64,000 bases of DNA from contig OZ237753.1 of assembly GCA_965178125.1 (NCBI GenBank), forward strand, positions 186,001 to 250,000, read 5' to 3'. The DNA is from Bilabrum cf. latius (taxonomy: Eukaryota). Within the stretch, counting starts at the first letter, position 1; the number at the start of each line of letters is the position of its first letter. The notes under the pieces are model-generated. The model was not told the origin of the DNA. It did no database searches and was given only the letters and a program-made list of their open reading frames with translations. The position numbers and the translations under genes are program-made. Positions 1-12,685 of the stretch are shown in pieces.

Positions 1-93
1 AACAAGACGGAGGGGTACGGCATCCTGACGAGGGAATGGGACCAGGTGGCGCTACCCGGGCTGTACAAGGACCTAGTGCAGATCATGTCCTGA
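1..93 (+). CDS. 3' end of an unidentified gene (partial)
   Basis: Frame 1 is open from base 1 (NKTEGYGILTREWDQVALPGLYKDLVQIMS) with G/C-rich third positions and ends TGA at 91-93, followed by less codon-like sequence. Confidence 0.55.
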   Translation, partial: NKTEGYGILTREWDQVALPGLYKDLVQIMS

Positions 94-704
94 GTTCGGG
101 TGCAGGGTGTTAGTGCAAGGTTTCATGCTTTGGCGCGCGGGGGCTCGTGGTCTGTAGACAAGGCGGTTTCCACACGGTGATCCAGATTATTTGTAGTTTT
201 AGCCAATTGGTTATATCGTAAGCAAAAAAATGTCACCCCTTCCTTCACCTGGCACAGGCTGCGGCGGCTGCCCTGCGCCCCGCCTCAGAATAAGAGTACT
301 GGCCTAGGTCTTGGCACCCGCCCCACTCCTAGATCTACGCCTTGCCCACCATGCCTATCCGAATTCCGGATCGCATCGACCCCCTGTCGTCATCGCCAAG
401 AGCCACCGCCGTAGGCAGCAGGCGCGAAATCCTATCAAACCCAGCAGCACCCCTATCGTCTCACAGGTAGGCAGGCACTGATCCCAGGTCTTGGGCTGCC
501 CTGCGATGGACCCTCGCGGGGTCCTGCACTGTCCTCCCTACCACTGGACCCTGTGACGCTTCCACTGGTCTCAGGCTCGGCAGTGGCCGCTGTGCCTAGA
601 CAGGATCTGTCGTCTCGGACCTTGCCTCGGCCACCTTTGTCTGGCCGGCATCCGCAGCATCCGCGTCCACGTGCGAGCAGATGAAAGCACTGATGGTGGA
701 CATA

Positions 705-782
705 TCTCCATCGCTGCCTGACGGGGCCATGTCTCCATCGCTGCCTGACGGGGCCATGTCTCCATCGCTGCCTGACGGGGCC
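705..782. repeat. 27-bp tandem repeat, ~2.9 copies (tctccatcgctgcctgacggggccatg)
   Basis: Read directly: units start at 705, 732 and 759. Confidence 0.95.
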
Positions 783-798
783 CTCTTCTATGCGACCT

Positions 799-3185
799 TC
801 ATGTTCCCAGTCTGATCCCCGCCTCCGTCACATGCCCAAACAGCAACTTGCCCAGTCCCAATCTGCACAGCACACACTTCCACCTCTCCGTCGGATCCAG
901 CCTCCCCAGCAGCGACCCCATGGCAGGTATGGCACCTGCCTACCTCAGGACTACCACTAGCTCACTCTGGCCCGGAAACTCGTCCTGCTGCAGCCCGCGC
1001 GCCAAACCCAGCAGCAAGGCATCCGACTCCATCAGCACAGAAGTAACCTTCCCACCAGTTCGGAACAAGTGCTTCAGCGAGTAAAGAACCGCAAAGGCTG
1101 CGACCCCGTCGTTTCCAAGCAGAATTCGAGCCGTCTCATCTGCAAAGCCCTCCGCCGAAACCATAAGCTGCTTTACCTCTTCCGTGCCTTCCGCCATTGC
1201 GCGCAATGCGCGTCCCACAAACCCGAGGGTTTCGGGTGTCCCGACACCGAATGCCCTGGCCAGCCCCCTGACCAGCCCCTCCGTTGAGACCACGGATTTG
1301 GTGGCAGCCGCGAATGCCGCGTTGCTTATCAACATCACGCACACAGTCTTTGCGGCCGCAAATAGCGACTCCCCGTCCTTTTCCTAAAGCACCCGTGACA
1401 GACCGTCAAGTATTCCGGCTTCCAACAGCGCCGTCACCTCGTCCTCATCAGCATATATACACAGGTTGGCGGTGCTCCTTGCTGCAGACTCCAGCGCCTC
1501 GCCATCTTCCTCCCGAAGGACTCTCGCCAGGCCCTCCACCAAGCCTTTTGCAGATAAGAGGACCCTGCGTACCCCTGCGTCACAAGCAGTCATGGCGAAC
1601 ACCGCCCCGCAACCCCCCTCAAGCTCAGATCCACTGCCATCTTGGAGCACACGCGCGAGACCCCTAGGGATATCCGATGCAGCCAATACTGTCCCGTGTC
1701 CCGTGTCACTGTGGCAGATGTTCTATATCGTTCTGGTGACAAACTCTAGCGCCCGACCCTCCGAAATCATCACCCCTCTCTCCAGTCCCTTCAGTGCTTC
1801 CTTGTTCCTGACCATCCGTTCCCTGCCCTCGGGACTGCGCCCTGACATAGCATAGGCTGCAGCAGCTGCATCCTTAAACAGCTCGCCATCTGCCTCCCGC
1901 AACACGTGGGCCATACCATCGATCATCGCCGGGTCGCTCGCCGCCGCTCGGCAATCTCCACCATGCAGGCACATCTGGTACATTAGATCCAGTGAGACCT
2001 TTCTGGCCATTGGAGAGCCCACCCGCATGGCATGACCCACCCCGTGCATCAAGCCCTCGCAAGAGGCCACCTGCTGGCACCCAGCTCCGGACCTCATTCC
2101 CACGCGGCTCACCGCCGCGGCAGCAGCTGCTAACATGACGGCGTCTTCCTCTTCCTGAAGCACGTGCGCCAGCCCAGGCAGCAGCCCCTACGCCTCGTCG
2201 GCTCTGAGGTCCGCCATCTCGGTGATCGTCACAGCGCACACGCATGCAAGCTTCAGCTCGTCCCCTTTGCCTGACTTTAGCACTCGCCCTAGGCACTTGG
2301 TGACGGCGCTGTGCCGAATGGCCTCCGAATCCCCGGGCTTCCGCAAAGCTTTGCTGATGAAGTGTGGAGCCATGTCGTCCCCAACTGCATCTATCAGCAG
2401 CGTCATTCCATCGTTTCCGTGCTTTGCCTGTATGGCCTCATAAGCTACCTCGCTGAGGCACGTGAGAAGCAGCAGCACTGCAGCAGCCGCCTTCGTCGAC
2501 TTAGATGTGCTAGCTCTGGCAGGCACCTCCATCAGCACCTGCAGCAGCTTTGTTGACCTGAGAGTAGATGCCAATACATCCGCTGAGAGGTTCTCTGCGA
2601 TGTCTCCTACGGCCGCGATGGCTACTGAGGCTTCAAGTGCCGATGGATCCAGCTCGATCACGGAGCAGAGGGCGACCGCCCCACCTGCCACCACGAAGGG
2701 CTGGGCAAGCTCTGGCGACCCCATGGTGCGGCGCAAAAGCATGTGTATGGCAACTTGAAGGCGGTCGGCTTTTGATTCCCGAATCAGCCGCACCAGTTCG
2801 GAGGGCCCAGCGGACTCCAAGCGTGCATGCAATTCTCGTAGACTATCTCCTCCCGAGGCAGCCCCACTGCCACCCGATCCAGCGATTCCACGATCGACCG
2901 AAGCATCACCTGCGAAAGGAGCGAAACGATACAGCTACAAACATCCTTGGAGGGGGAAGCACAAGGAAATTCTTGGCTGGAACGGAGTGTGGTGTGGCAG
3001 GGTGGCAGGCTTTGTGCAACCCCAGCAAAATGATCAAGCGGATAGCGACAAGCCCTAGACCACACTAAGACCTGAAATCATGCTCAAAGGCATCAACTGG
3101 ATGCTCGAGACGGCTGGAAAGCGTCAACAGGTCAGATAGCAGACGCCTCACCAGATCCAGACCCCGCACCTGATGAGGAGCTCAT
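799..3185 (-). CDS. Armadillo/HEAT-like repeat protein (~714 aa, TAG=Gln, intron 2910-3151)
   Basis: ORFs 2188-2832, 1723-2163, 1384-1686 and 940-1344 share one frame and are separated only by TAG (2188, 1723, 1384, 940). Recurring helical units such as 'GLVEGLARVL', 'AGILDGLSRVL' and 'AGAIPAMGSLL'. Exon 1 MSSSSGAGSGS-G|GTGAGG joins the TTTCGCAG|GT acceptor in phase 1. Stop TGA at 799-801; the C-terminus is uncertain. Confidence 0.7.
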
Positions 3186-3531
3186 TGCGATTCCTTGTGT
3201 GAAGCTGTCACAACGATATGTAGTAGACTTTCCTGTTGATGAAGTACGCAAGCGTTTTCGTATTGCAGTACAAGTGTGCAAGAATGAGCTCCACCATGCA
3301 GCTACCGCGGGTGGTGGGCACAGTTGTAATCGCACGCAACTGGTTGCAGAACCTTCGGCTAAGGTTCGGCACCCCCAGCCGCAAGCGGCTCGGCCAGATT
3401 GCCTAGTCTACAGAAGGCCTCGTGCAGATCACGTGCTGAATTTGGATGAAGACTGGAATCAGACCCTCAGGCTGTCTCCTTAATGTCACGGTTTGTGCGT
3501 CAACACAGCGCACAGCATTGCATCTATTCAC

Positions 3532-4286
3532 TCAAAGCAGCTTGAGCATCTCCTCCGCAGAGCATTTCTCAAACCCGGGCCCCTCTTCGTGCAGAGCCTG
3601 CAGCACCTTGCCATCCTCCACCAGCAGGGCATACCTCTCGGACCTCACGTTGCCGAACACGGCGATGGCCTTGTCGAAGGCGACGTTCATGGCCTTGGTG
3701 AGGTCGGCGGCGGGGTCCGCGATCATCCGAACCTTGCCCTCGGCGCCGAGCGCCTTTCCCCACGCCTTCATCACGAAGGCGTCGTTCACGGAGATGCAGA
3801 AGATCTCGGTGACGCCCTTCGCCTTGAGGTCGTCAGCCTTGGCGATGTATCCGGGGATGTGCGTCTCCGAGCAAGTGGGGGAGAATGCCGCGGGGATACC
3901 CGTGACGATAACCTTTCCTTTACCGATCAGATCGCCGAACTTGATCTGCTCGCCGGGCTTGCCCTCCTGCACGTTGACGTCGGCTGGGATGATGCCCCCG
4001 ACAGTGATCTGCGAATCGTGCGGAATGTCATGCAAGGCAGGATGCTGATCCATGGGGTTCCCGTAGACGAAATCAAATACTATAGCACAAACTACATCGA
4101 CGGATAGAAGAGCGCAATAGCGGCGATGTGCTCCGACAATTAGGCAGATTCGCATCGCCACGTCGCCAAGGTTCTGCTAAGATCCACCCCATCCATGCGA
4201 ACATAATGGCCCAATCAATGCCACAAGGTCGGTAATTATCGCAATGTACTCACGCGCTCGCCTGCTTTGTCTCCGATCGCGGCCAT
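3532..4286 (-). CDS. PRDX5: Type II / Prx5-family peroxiredoxin (~169 aa, intron 4009-4253)
   Basis: Motifs IPAAFSPTCSETHIPGY, CISVNDAFVMKAW and RSERYALLVEDGKV. Exon 1 MAAIGDKAGER|GTGAGT splices in phase 0 to ATTCGCAG|ITVGGIIP. Stop TGA. No TAG codons. Confidence 0.9.
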
Positions 4287-5559
4287 TTTTTGTGTTATGC
4301 GTGGTTTATTATGCATGCATGCCGCATCATCAGGTCGTGGGGCATCAGAACGGTATGCTCCGATCGGACCCGGCGAAAAGTTGTGCCAAGGTGGGGTGAG
4401 TTTGCGTGTTACTGTTGCGTGGTCGCTAAATTGAACCGCGCCCCAGGCGAAGAAATTCCTGATATCTCTAGTCGCCTTTGGCTGCATTACGGGCCAAAGA
4501 GACCTCCCACGTCTGAAGTCGCTCCGACTCCGATGAGCCTGGTGTGCGGAGAAACGGTGCGGTGCCGCTGGGGAGGGCTACGCCAAGGTGCATCGAAAAG
4601 GGCTCCGTTGCCTGCCGCACTCGACCCCCTCCCTCCACTTGCCCTCGCTGACTGGCTGGTCCATGTGGAGTGACTGGGCCAGGCATTGGTGAGCCAATCT
4701 AATCGAGCACGTTGAGCACCCGGAAGTGCCTGCGGCCTGGAAGGCCTCCGCAGACTCGCTTGCCCTTGCACGTGGCACCGTGGCGAACTGACTAGGTCAG
4801 TTCGACTACCTTGCCCTGCTTCCGGCACCCCGGGCAGATCTGTGTGATGCGCCACGTCTCCCCAGTGGGAGTCCCCACATGCACCGTGCGTTGCCCCAAG
4901 AGGTTGTGGGGGACATCTGCACGGCTATGGGATGGCGAGACGCTGGCAGAACATGCCCTGGGCATCTTCAGGCTGGACTCGGCTCAGGACAGAGAGCGGC
5001 GCATGCAGCCAAGACCCGGCTCCTTTGGACCTGGCGGCGCAGATGGTTGCTCGCCAGGTGTTCTCAATTCCCGCCTAGCGCGAGCACTTGCGCGGCGATG
5101 CGCGCGTTTTCTGCACCGTGTACCAACGGGTTGCTAGATCTAGCAATCCCTTGGATCTGGTTGACGTCGTGCCCAAGCAGTCGGCCAGGGAGACCAGGAA
5201 GTATCGTGGGAACCTCATCAGGGAGGTTTACCGGGCCTTCAGAGCCTGGCCCAGGAGGTGAGGATGTCAATGCCAGGCTGGTTGCACTCGGGCGGCAGAA
5301 AGGGGATTAGGCAGGTCCTGCACAGGCGTGAGCCTCTGCGGTCCTTGCCCCCTGGCGTCAACTAGCTTTTTCGTGAAAGAGTTTGTCGTTTGTCGAGTCA
5401 ATCATATTGATTGACACATTCCTCCCGGTGCTCCCGCCCTTACTCAGCCCCACTATTCCTGCGCTTCCCGCCAGGTTCTTACATCTATCCGTTCACCCTC
5501 CACAATCCCCCTGGCCAGCTGCAACAAGCCGAACCCCGAGCTCCCATCGGCCATCGTAC

Positions 5560-6873
5560 TCAGAACCTTCCCCTGCCCTGCATGCGGTCATCGCCCTCCT
5601 CCGACGATTCCTGCCACTTGGACGCCAAGCAGACCGGAAGCAGCACCATCCCTGCGCGGCCCCCCGCCGCCCTGGCCCTCGCCGACCGCCCGCCTCCCAT
5701 CATGGAAGGCTGCTTCATGTAACTCTTCACCACCCTCCGAGTTAGGAACACGCCGGCGATCGACAGGGAGAACCAAGTCAGTGCGTACACGAAGTGCGTC
5801 TCGGGCATGACGTGGAACCTCACGTACTCGCTGAGCTGACGAGTGTAAGGAAAGTTCCTCGGGGTTCGCTCCCGGACGGCGTCGAAGAGGTATCCTGCGA
5901 GCTCCGGCGCGGTGCTCCCGTGCACGGCAAGCTCGTCGGCGTCGAAGCGGGTGAGCGCCAGCTGCCTTGCGGAACTTCCACCCTGCGCGGCGCCGCCTGC
6001 CAGGGATGATACGCCGTATGTGCTGCTCTGCGACATCGTATAGATTCTAGATTCAGAGGAGGGGGGCTGAGATCGATGACGGCACGGGGGAGGGTGCACG
6101 GAAAGTCATATGCGCGTGGCAGTGGCAGGCAAAAGATCGATGCAGCGGCGCATGCGGCTCACGGGTTCTCCCGTCCGAACGACGGCATCGACCTCCACGA
6201 GCCCATCGCTAGGTTCCGCATATTCGGCTCCAGATTGCGCGGCGCCAGCGTCGTCGCTCAGCCCCGCGCTCTCTCTCGCTTTCTTGGACTTGAATGGGCC
6301 AGGGATCCAACCCCGGTTAACTAGAACTCTTCTTCCATCTTCCAACACGAGTGGTGTGACGAGGTAATACCCGGGTGAGTCCCCCCGTTTGAGGAAGCCC
6401 TGTGGCAGGTCCTTCGGCGGCGGCCTCGGTCCCACGATTCCTTCCGCCGAGCGGTCCCACTTGCCTCGAAGTGATACACGCCTGCCATGAGCGTCTTGTT
6501 GGCCATTTTCCAGGTCCTCGTCTGTGGTTGTGAGCGCCGCAATGACCTCGTCGACTGTACTGATTTCCCTGTGCACCTGCCTCTTGCGCTCTTCGATTAG
6601 CTGCAGCTTCCAAAACAACCGCTTCGTCTACCAGCACCCAAGTCCAAATGTCAATGCTACCAGCGAGCCAAAGAAGGCGTACGCCGCCATGTCTTGGCCA
6701 CTCATGGATGCCTCCTTCCCGGCACCCGATGATTCGGCCGCGTGACTACGAGCAGAGCGTGACAGGCCTCGCAAGCCAATCACGCGGCTAATTTTAGCTG
6801 AAGTGGCGGTATGCGCAACGAGCCTGTTTCGAAAACCCACTTGGCAGGTTCGCTTCATGATTGATCGATGCAT
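5560..6873 (-). CDS. SURF1: SURF1/Shy1 cytochrome c oxidase assembly factor (intron 6067-6162, TAG=Gln at 6628-6630)
   Basis: Motifs TFGLGCW[TAG]TKRLFWK (family pattern FGLGxWQxxRxxWK), GYYLVTPL..VLVNRGWIP and HFVYALTWFSLS. Arg/Ser-rich mitochondrial-type N-terminus. Phase-0 intron GTGAGC...CTCAG removes an in-frame TGA. Stop TGA. Confidence 0.92.
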
Positions 6874-7191
6874 GCCTGGATCCTACTGAGCTTCACAGCG
6901 TGGCCCAAGACGGAAATTCAGGGAAATGCTCGACCAAAAACTGATACCTAGTCGATGCTTAAAGCGATTCTGAGCGATACGAATGCAACGGTACGTGTAA
7001 AATAGGCCAGCAGAATATTGCCAGTGGCTCCGGAATCGACCACGTCACGGAGCTCAGCTGATGCATGATTGTCGGCACACAGCGAGCCGCAGCACCCTCA
7101 ATATAATTCCGTTCTTCTGAATTGATAAAGTTCGACATAAAGCGGCCGACATCGCGCTGAAGACTTAGACAGAAGCTTGTCTGCTGTGGAC

Positions 7192-8322
7192 ATGATGAAA
7201 CGAGCCTCGCATGCTGTAGAGCAGCGGATACTAGCGGCAAGGGGAGTACTCCGCAAGCGAATGGGACTCCCGATGACTCCAGCATGGTGGCAGAAACCAG
7301 GTGGCAAAGAGCTTGCGGCGCAGCTGGTGGTCGCTACGAACATCGCTATCGTAGGCATCGGCTTGCCATTACTTGTTAACTACGGTATCGCGGAGAAACG
7401 AAAATAGCACGAGAAAACTAGACCAGTTCGTTCCGATGTTGTCCTCGATGCAGAGCGCGAACTGGCCGTCCTTGCTGTCATCAACGAGCGACGGCAGGCC
7501 CGCGGCGAGCCTCGTCTGATGGAGCTGCCTTCCCGCACGGCGGCCAAGCACGGCATCAAGGCCGACGGCTGGCGGTCCGTTTCGCCATAGGACATTGAAG
7601 GAGCAGGACCGGCCAAGCCTGTTCGAGTTCCCTCGGACGGCGGTAGCAGGGACAACTCGGGCCCCGGAGGACGCGACGAGGACGAGGACGAGGTTGATCA
7701 CACGTCGGCCGGCCGCAACTACGGGTACGGGCGAGAGAAGTAGAGCAGCCCGACGCCGGTGTGGACCGACAACACGAGCATGAGCACGAGCGTAGGGAGT
7801 GGCACTGGTGCTGCTGCCGGCACGGATGCGAGAACGGGCACTGGCACTGGCCACTACTAGTAGCAAGAGGCTAGTGATAGACAAGCAGCGCCCAGCTCAA
7901 GAAGCAGGAGCGGCAGCGGCAGGGCGGAGGAGGGAGGAAAAGCGTCAGGCGCGTCAGCCCCTGCGGCGTCCGCTGACGGTATGACGAGTGCGTCCGCAAG
8001 GGCGTTCCTGAGCGACGTGGACCGGGACGGGGATTCCAACGCGGCGCTGTGGGAGAAGATCGCCGTCCTCGCCGAGAAGTACGAGAAGTAGGACGAGGAG
8101 CTCGTGCACAGGGGCAGGCGGGCTGGCGACATCATCTATGACGAGCAGCCGACGGTGCTGGACACTGACGGCAATGTGATGGGGCCTGTGATGACGACTC
8201 CCACAGCGGATGAGCTGGAGAAGCAGGTGCTCGGCATGGGCAGGGCGCAGTTGCCAGGGCCCGAAGCGCCATAGGAGGGGTAGGAGCAGGAGGGGGGCCA
8301 GCAAGAAGTCGCCCGGCAGTGA
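7192..8322 (+). CDS. Hypothetical protein with one TM segment (376 aa, 8 in-frame TAG)
   Basis: Open from ATG 7192 to TGA 8320-8322 if TAG is sense (7405, 7588, 7741, 7858, 7861, 8089, 8272, 8281). Hydrophobic stretch LVVATNIAIVGIGLPLLV. Contains a TAG TAG CAA run and a Q/E-rich tail. Confidence 0.75.
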
Positions 8323-8561
8323 GGCTGGTCTGTGGTGGTGGGGATTGCTTGTGGTCCATGCAATGCACAGCTGCAACCATGGATGCGGCGCGTACTGGAG
8401 AGAGCACAATCTTAGCTTGATTGCTCCTGCTCCCGTCCGGACTGGAACCATGTCATGACATCCATCTCGGACTGATGACTGTTGCCAGAAATCGTACCGT
8501 GCGAAATAATTAAACCAGAATCGAATCAGAGCACAAGAAACTCACAAAATCCTAGATCAGG

Positions 8562-11500
8562 TCAGCTCCTGCCCCCGCCGCGAGACCTCGATGCTACCCT
8601 CCCCCTCCTGCTCGCACCAGCGCCTGCAGCAGCGCCCGCCCTGCTCCTGCCAGACGTCCCGCCCACCATCACCGACGATCGCCCGACACCTCTCGCTCCA
8701 CCACGGGCCTTGCTTGACCCACCACGGGCCCGCGCCCCGGCCCCGGCACCCGAGCCGCCGATCGTCTAGCGCATGGCCGACCTGCCTCGCCCGGCCGTGC
8801 GACCTGCCTTTGCCTTTGCCCTGCCGGTTGGCACTGCCCCACCCGCAGCGGCTGACGACGAGGACGAAGACGACGACGTCGCGCTGCCCGATGATCCCAC
8901 GCTGCCGCTCGCGCCCGGCCTGATGGCAGCGATCCTCTTCCTGGCCTGGCCCAGCTGCACCTGGGCCACCTGCTGCGCGAACCTCAGGGAACACAGCGAC
9001 TCGTGGGAGGAGGCCACGGTGGGGCTCAGGTTGACCATCATCATTGTCTTGCCGTCGCCCTCTAGGCACGGCTGCAGGAGGTACGTCAGCTTGCTGTTGC
9101 GGAAGGGGACGTGCTTGGATCGCTGCGCGAGGGACTGGAACACGTCTGCCATGCAGGACAGGCTCTTGTTGATGGCCTGCGTCTCCTTGAGCTGCTTGCC
9201 CTCCGCCTTGGAGCGAGCCAGCCTCTCGGACCCGGCAAGGTCGCAGAGGTTCAGGGTGCCCTTGAGCTCCACGCCGCGGTCCTGGTTGCGACCAGCGATG
9301 TACAGAGTGAAGACCGAGTGCGACCGGCTCGAGTGCTCGTTCATCGAGGTCGAGGCCACGCTCCTCCTCTTGTTGGCCTCGGCCATGATGTGCCCCGCGT
9401 CCGCTGCCTTCGACACGGGGACCTTGGTGAGCCCGGGCACGTCCACGCCGCCGTCCTTCCTCTGGTGGATGGACAGGCTGGCGGGAGTGGACTTGGCAGA
9501 GCCGCTGCCGAAGGCCCGGCCCCCTCCCGATGATGAGGAAGACGAGGGGCCGCTCGAAGCTGCAGAGCCGCCCGACCCCGTCAGGAGGTCTACGACCGTC
9601 TCGTTGTAGATCTCCAGGAAGCTTGCCCTGATCTGGTACTGCCATCCCTGCGCCCTCATCGCGTGCACCGTCTCGAGGATCTGCGCCACGGACCGTGGGA
9701 TCAGCCCGGCCTCCTCGCCGGTGCCACCCACCATGGTGTGCGTCTTTCCCGACCCTGTCTGTCCGTAGGAGAAGAGACACACGTTGTACCCATCCAGGGA
9801 GGACTGCACCAGCTGGCTCACCTCCTCGAACACGTCCTTCTGGCTCGTCCCCGGGGGGAACACCGTGTCGAAAGAGAACTTGTAGGACTTGTCCTCGCCC
9901 GCCGCCGCGGAGATCTTGGAGCTGGAACGAGATGGCACGCCGGAGAGAACAAGAGACTGACCATCCACGTCGCACTGGATGGCACCGCCGTCCGCCGACC
10001 CCCCGAACGACCCGAAGCCGCCTGCAACCGCCTCCTCTCCCATCTCCTCCTCGGCGCCCCCCTCGCTCTCCCAGCCGTCTTCGTCCCCGTCGTCCCGCAT
10101 CGCAGCGGCGCCAGACCCGGCCGAAGCGCCGTCGCCATCGCCGTCGTGCGACAGCATGGGCCGGATGCGGGCCACCACTCGGATGCTGCCCCTCAGGTCC
10201 TGCACCTTGTTGTGGAGAGCGCGCCTGGCCTCGTTGGCCGAGAAGAGGTGCTGCTTGAGTGCCTCGTTCTCCTCCTCCAGGGTCTGCATCTTGGTGGAGA
10301 GCTCCGCCTTGTTCCCCAGCTGCCTGCGGAGCACCTCCGTCTCCTTGGACATGGCGAAGATCTTCTCCAGCTGCTCCTCGTTGGTGGACCCCATGCTGCG
10401 CTTCACCTGGCCCATGGCCGCCTCCAGCTCGTCCGCCCTCTCTCGTTGTTCCCTGGCGTCCTTCTGAACCTATGTCAGCTCCCCCTCAAGCTTGCCCGCC
10501 TTCTCCGTGGCCTCCTTGGCTGTCACCTGCGCGGACTCCAGCTCGCCCTCCAGCCCCTCTGCCTTGCTGAGCGCCTCTGCCAGCCGGGCATCCAGGTCCT
10601 GCTTCACCTTCTCCGCCTCTTGCTCCGCCGCGGCCGCCGCCTCCTTGTTGGCCTTGAGCTCGCCCTCTAGTCTGGCGCCCTCGCTGCGTGCCTCCTCTAG
10701 CTTGCGGGCCCCTTCCTCCACGGCCTGCTGCGCGGCCTTGAGCTGCTCCTGCAGCCGCGCGTGCTCGCCGCTCAGCTCCCTCAGCTCTGACTCGAGCCTC
10801 GCCTTTTCGCTGCTCAGGTGTTCCCTCTCCCTGGAGGCTTCCTGCAGCTGGGACTGCAGCCCATCGGCGCGGGCCGTGGCCTGCCTGTCCCGGTCTCCCT
10901 GGTCCTTCTGCTGGGTGAGCAGCTGCGTGATGGTGCTCGACAGCTGCGACTCCTTGGCGTGGAGCGACTCTTTGCATTCCTTCAGGTCCATCACGGCCGA
11001 GTCCCTAGCCGCCCGTGCCGTGGCCAGCTCGGCGTCCATCTTGGTCCGGGCCATCTCCAGCTCCCTGCCCCTCTCCTCCGCGCGCTGGAGCTGTTCCCTG
11101 ACTCCGACCAGGTCGCGCTTCACGTCATCGGCCTCCTTGGCGGCTTGTTCCCTGGCACTGACCGCCTCTGCGACCTCCTTGCTTGCTTGTTCCCTGGCCG
11201 CGTCCGCCGACGCCCTCTGCTTCTCGACCTCGGCTGCCACCTGCTCCTGCGCTTCAGCCCTGACTGCGTCAGCCTTGGCCTGGAGCTCCGTCACGAGCGA
11301 GTCTGCGTCTGCGAGCCGCTGCTTCGCGGCCGCCAGCTCCACCTCCAGCTCCTCCACCCTGGCCGCGTTGGCGTCGTTGGAGGCGGTGGCGGACTCGGCC
11401 GCCTCCAGGGCCTCCTCGGCGTCCTTCTTGGCCTGGTTCGACTCGGCTTCCGCCCGTCGGACCGTGGCCCGCGCGGCGTCTCTCTCGTCCTTTGCGTCCA

Positions 11501-12521
11501 AAAGCTCCCCGCGAACCTTCTCTAGCTCATCCTCGATCAGCTGCTTTCGCCTCATCGCGTCGTCCGCGTCTGCCTTGAGCTGCCTGCACATCTGCTGTGC
11601 CCTAAGAAACGTGTCCCTGATCGCGCTGTCGTGGATCTTCGCGTGTTCCCTGACGGCGTTGATCCGCTCCATCGTGTTTCCGATGACGCCGGCCAGGCAC
11701 TCTCGCTTGACCTTCTCGTTGGTCGTCTGGTGCCTTCCCACCAACTTGCACACGGCGCGATTCACACTGATCGGGTTGATGAAGTGCTCGAGCTCTGAAT
11801 CGCCGTACTTGCGGTTGAAAACTGAGGCAAGAGCGTCTTCCACCATGTCGGTGGCCAGCGGCATCTGGGGAATGCCGTGGTGGCCGCCTTCTGCCTCATC
11901 CTCCTCCATCTCGTCCTCATCCTCGTCGTCGCAGTCCTCGTCAGCTACCTAACCGGGCAGTGCGGGCGGAGCCACGGCCCCACGAGCGCGGCGACCGCGC
12001 CTAGATGCAGCTGCAGAAGATGATGATGCAGCGGCAGCTTTGCTTCGTGTGGCGCGGCCGGTACGCTTGGCCGGTGGCTACGCTGCAGTGGCTCGTCCGG
12101 GTCTAGCCGTCTTCCTGCCGCCGCGTGTCTTCGGAGAGCGGAGCGACGCGATTTCGTGACGACGTGACTTCATTGTCTGAGACAGTCCCGATCCATTTGA
12201 AGCGCTAGATGCCGCCGCATGTCGCCTGGTCGCTCCTCCCGTAGCTTTCGACGCAGATCGAGCCGAGCCGGCTGTCTTCTTCGCCGAGGAAGCCGAGCGC
12301 AGCTGGCGACGCTTCAAGGTTGCTCGTTCAGCTGCTTTCATTGATCTTTCAACTGAATCAGTGCTGCCCTCCTTGCGATGGCGCTTCATGTCAACGTTGG
12401 AATCGGCCTCTGCCAACGAGCGCTTCTCGCCCAGCTTCGGTTCACTTGCACTCGACTCATCGTCAATAGCAACGGGCTATCGTTTTGGAATAGGAATACC
12501 AGTACTTCCTGGTAGAGCCAT
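8562..12521 (-). CDS. Kinesin-14 (Kar3/KIFC1-like, C-terminal motor), ~1319 aa
   Basis: Neck LHNKVQDLRGSIRV, P-loop YGQTGSGKT, switch motifs NEHSSRSH and DLAGSE, HVPFRNSKLT. Long coiled-coil stalk and basic N-terminal tail. One frame from ATG 12521 to TGA 8562 with TAGs at 12477, 12078, 11949, 10470 and 8766. Confidence 0.93.
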
Positions 12522-12685
12522 GCTAAGATGGGGTGGACCAGTATGCTACCACCGGAGTTTTCCGTGGTTTCCGACCAACGGACGGATGCATTGAAACCAG
12601 ATTCAGCTAGTTCAAAGTACACATTACAGATAAAACGTGACGAGTGGAAATACTCAATTCAACATTTGTCCTCTGTGCGCCTTTA
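12522..12685. promoter_or_regulatory. Putative bidirectional promoter (kinesin-14 / CPSF1), 164 bp
   Basis: Short, AT-richer gap between two divergent ATGs. Function is inferred. Confidence 0.5.

Noticed and set aside
8557-11952. Long alternative-frame and antisense ORFs (e.g. 8557-9975, 9663-10670, 10492-11952) and similar ones elsewhere
   Set aside because: Shadow ORFs caused by high GC3 over the kinesin and other real genes.
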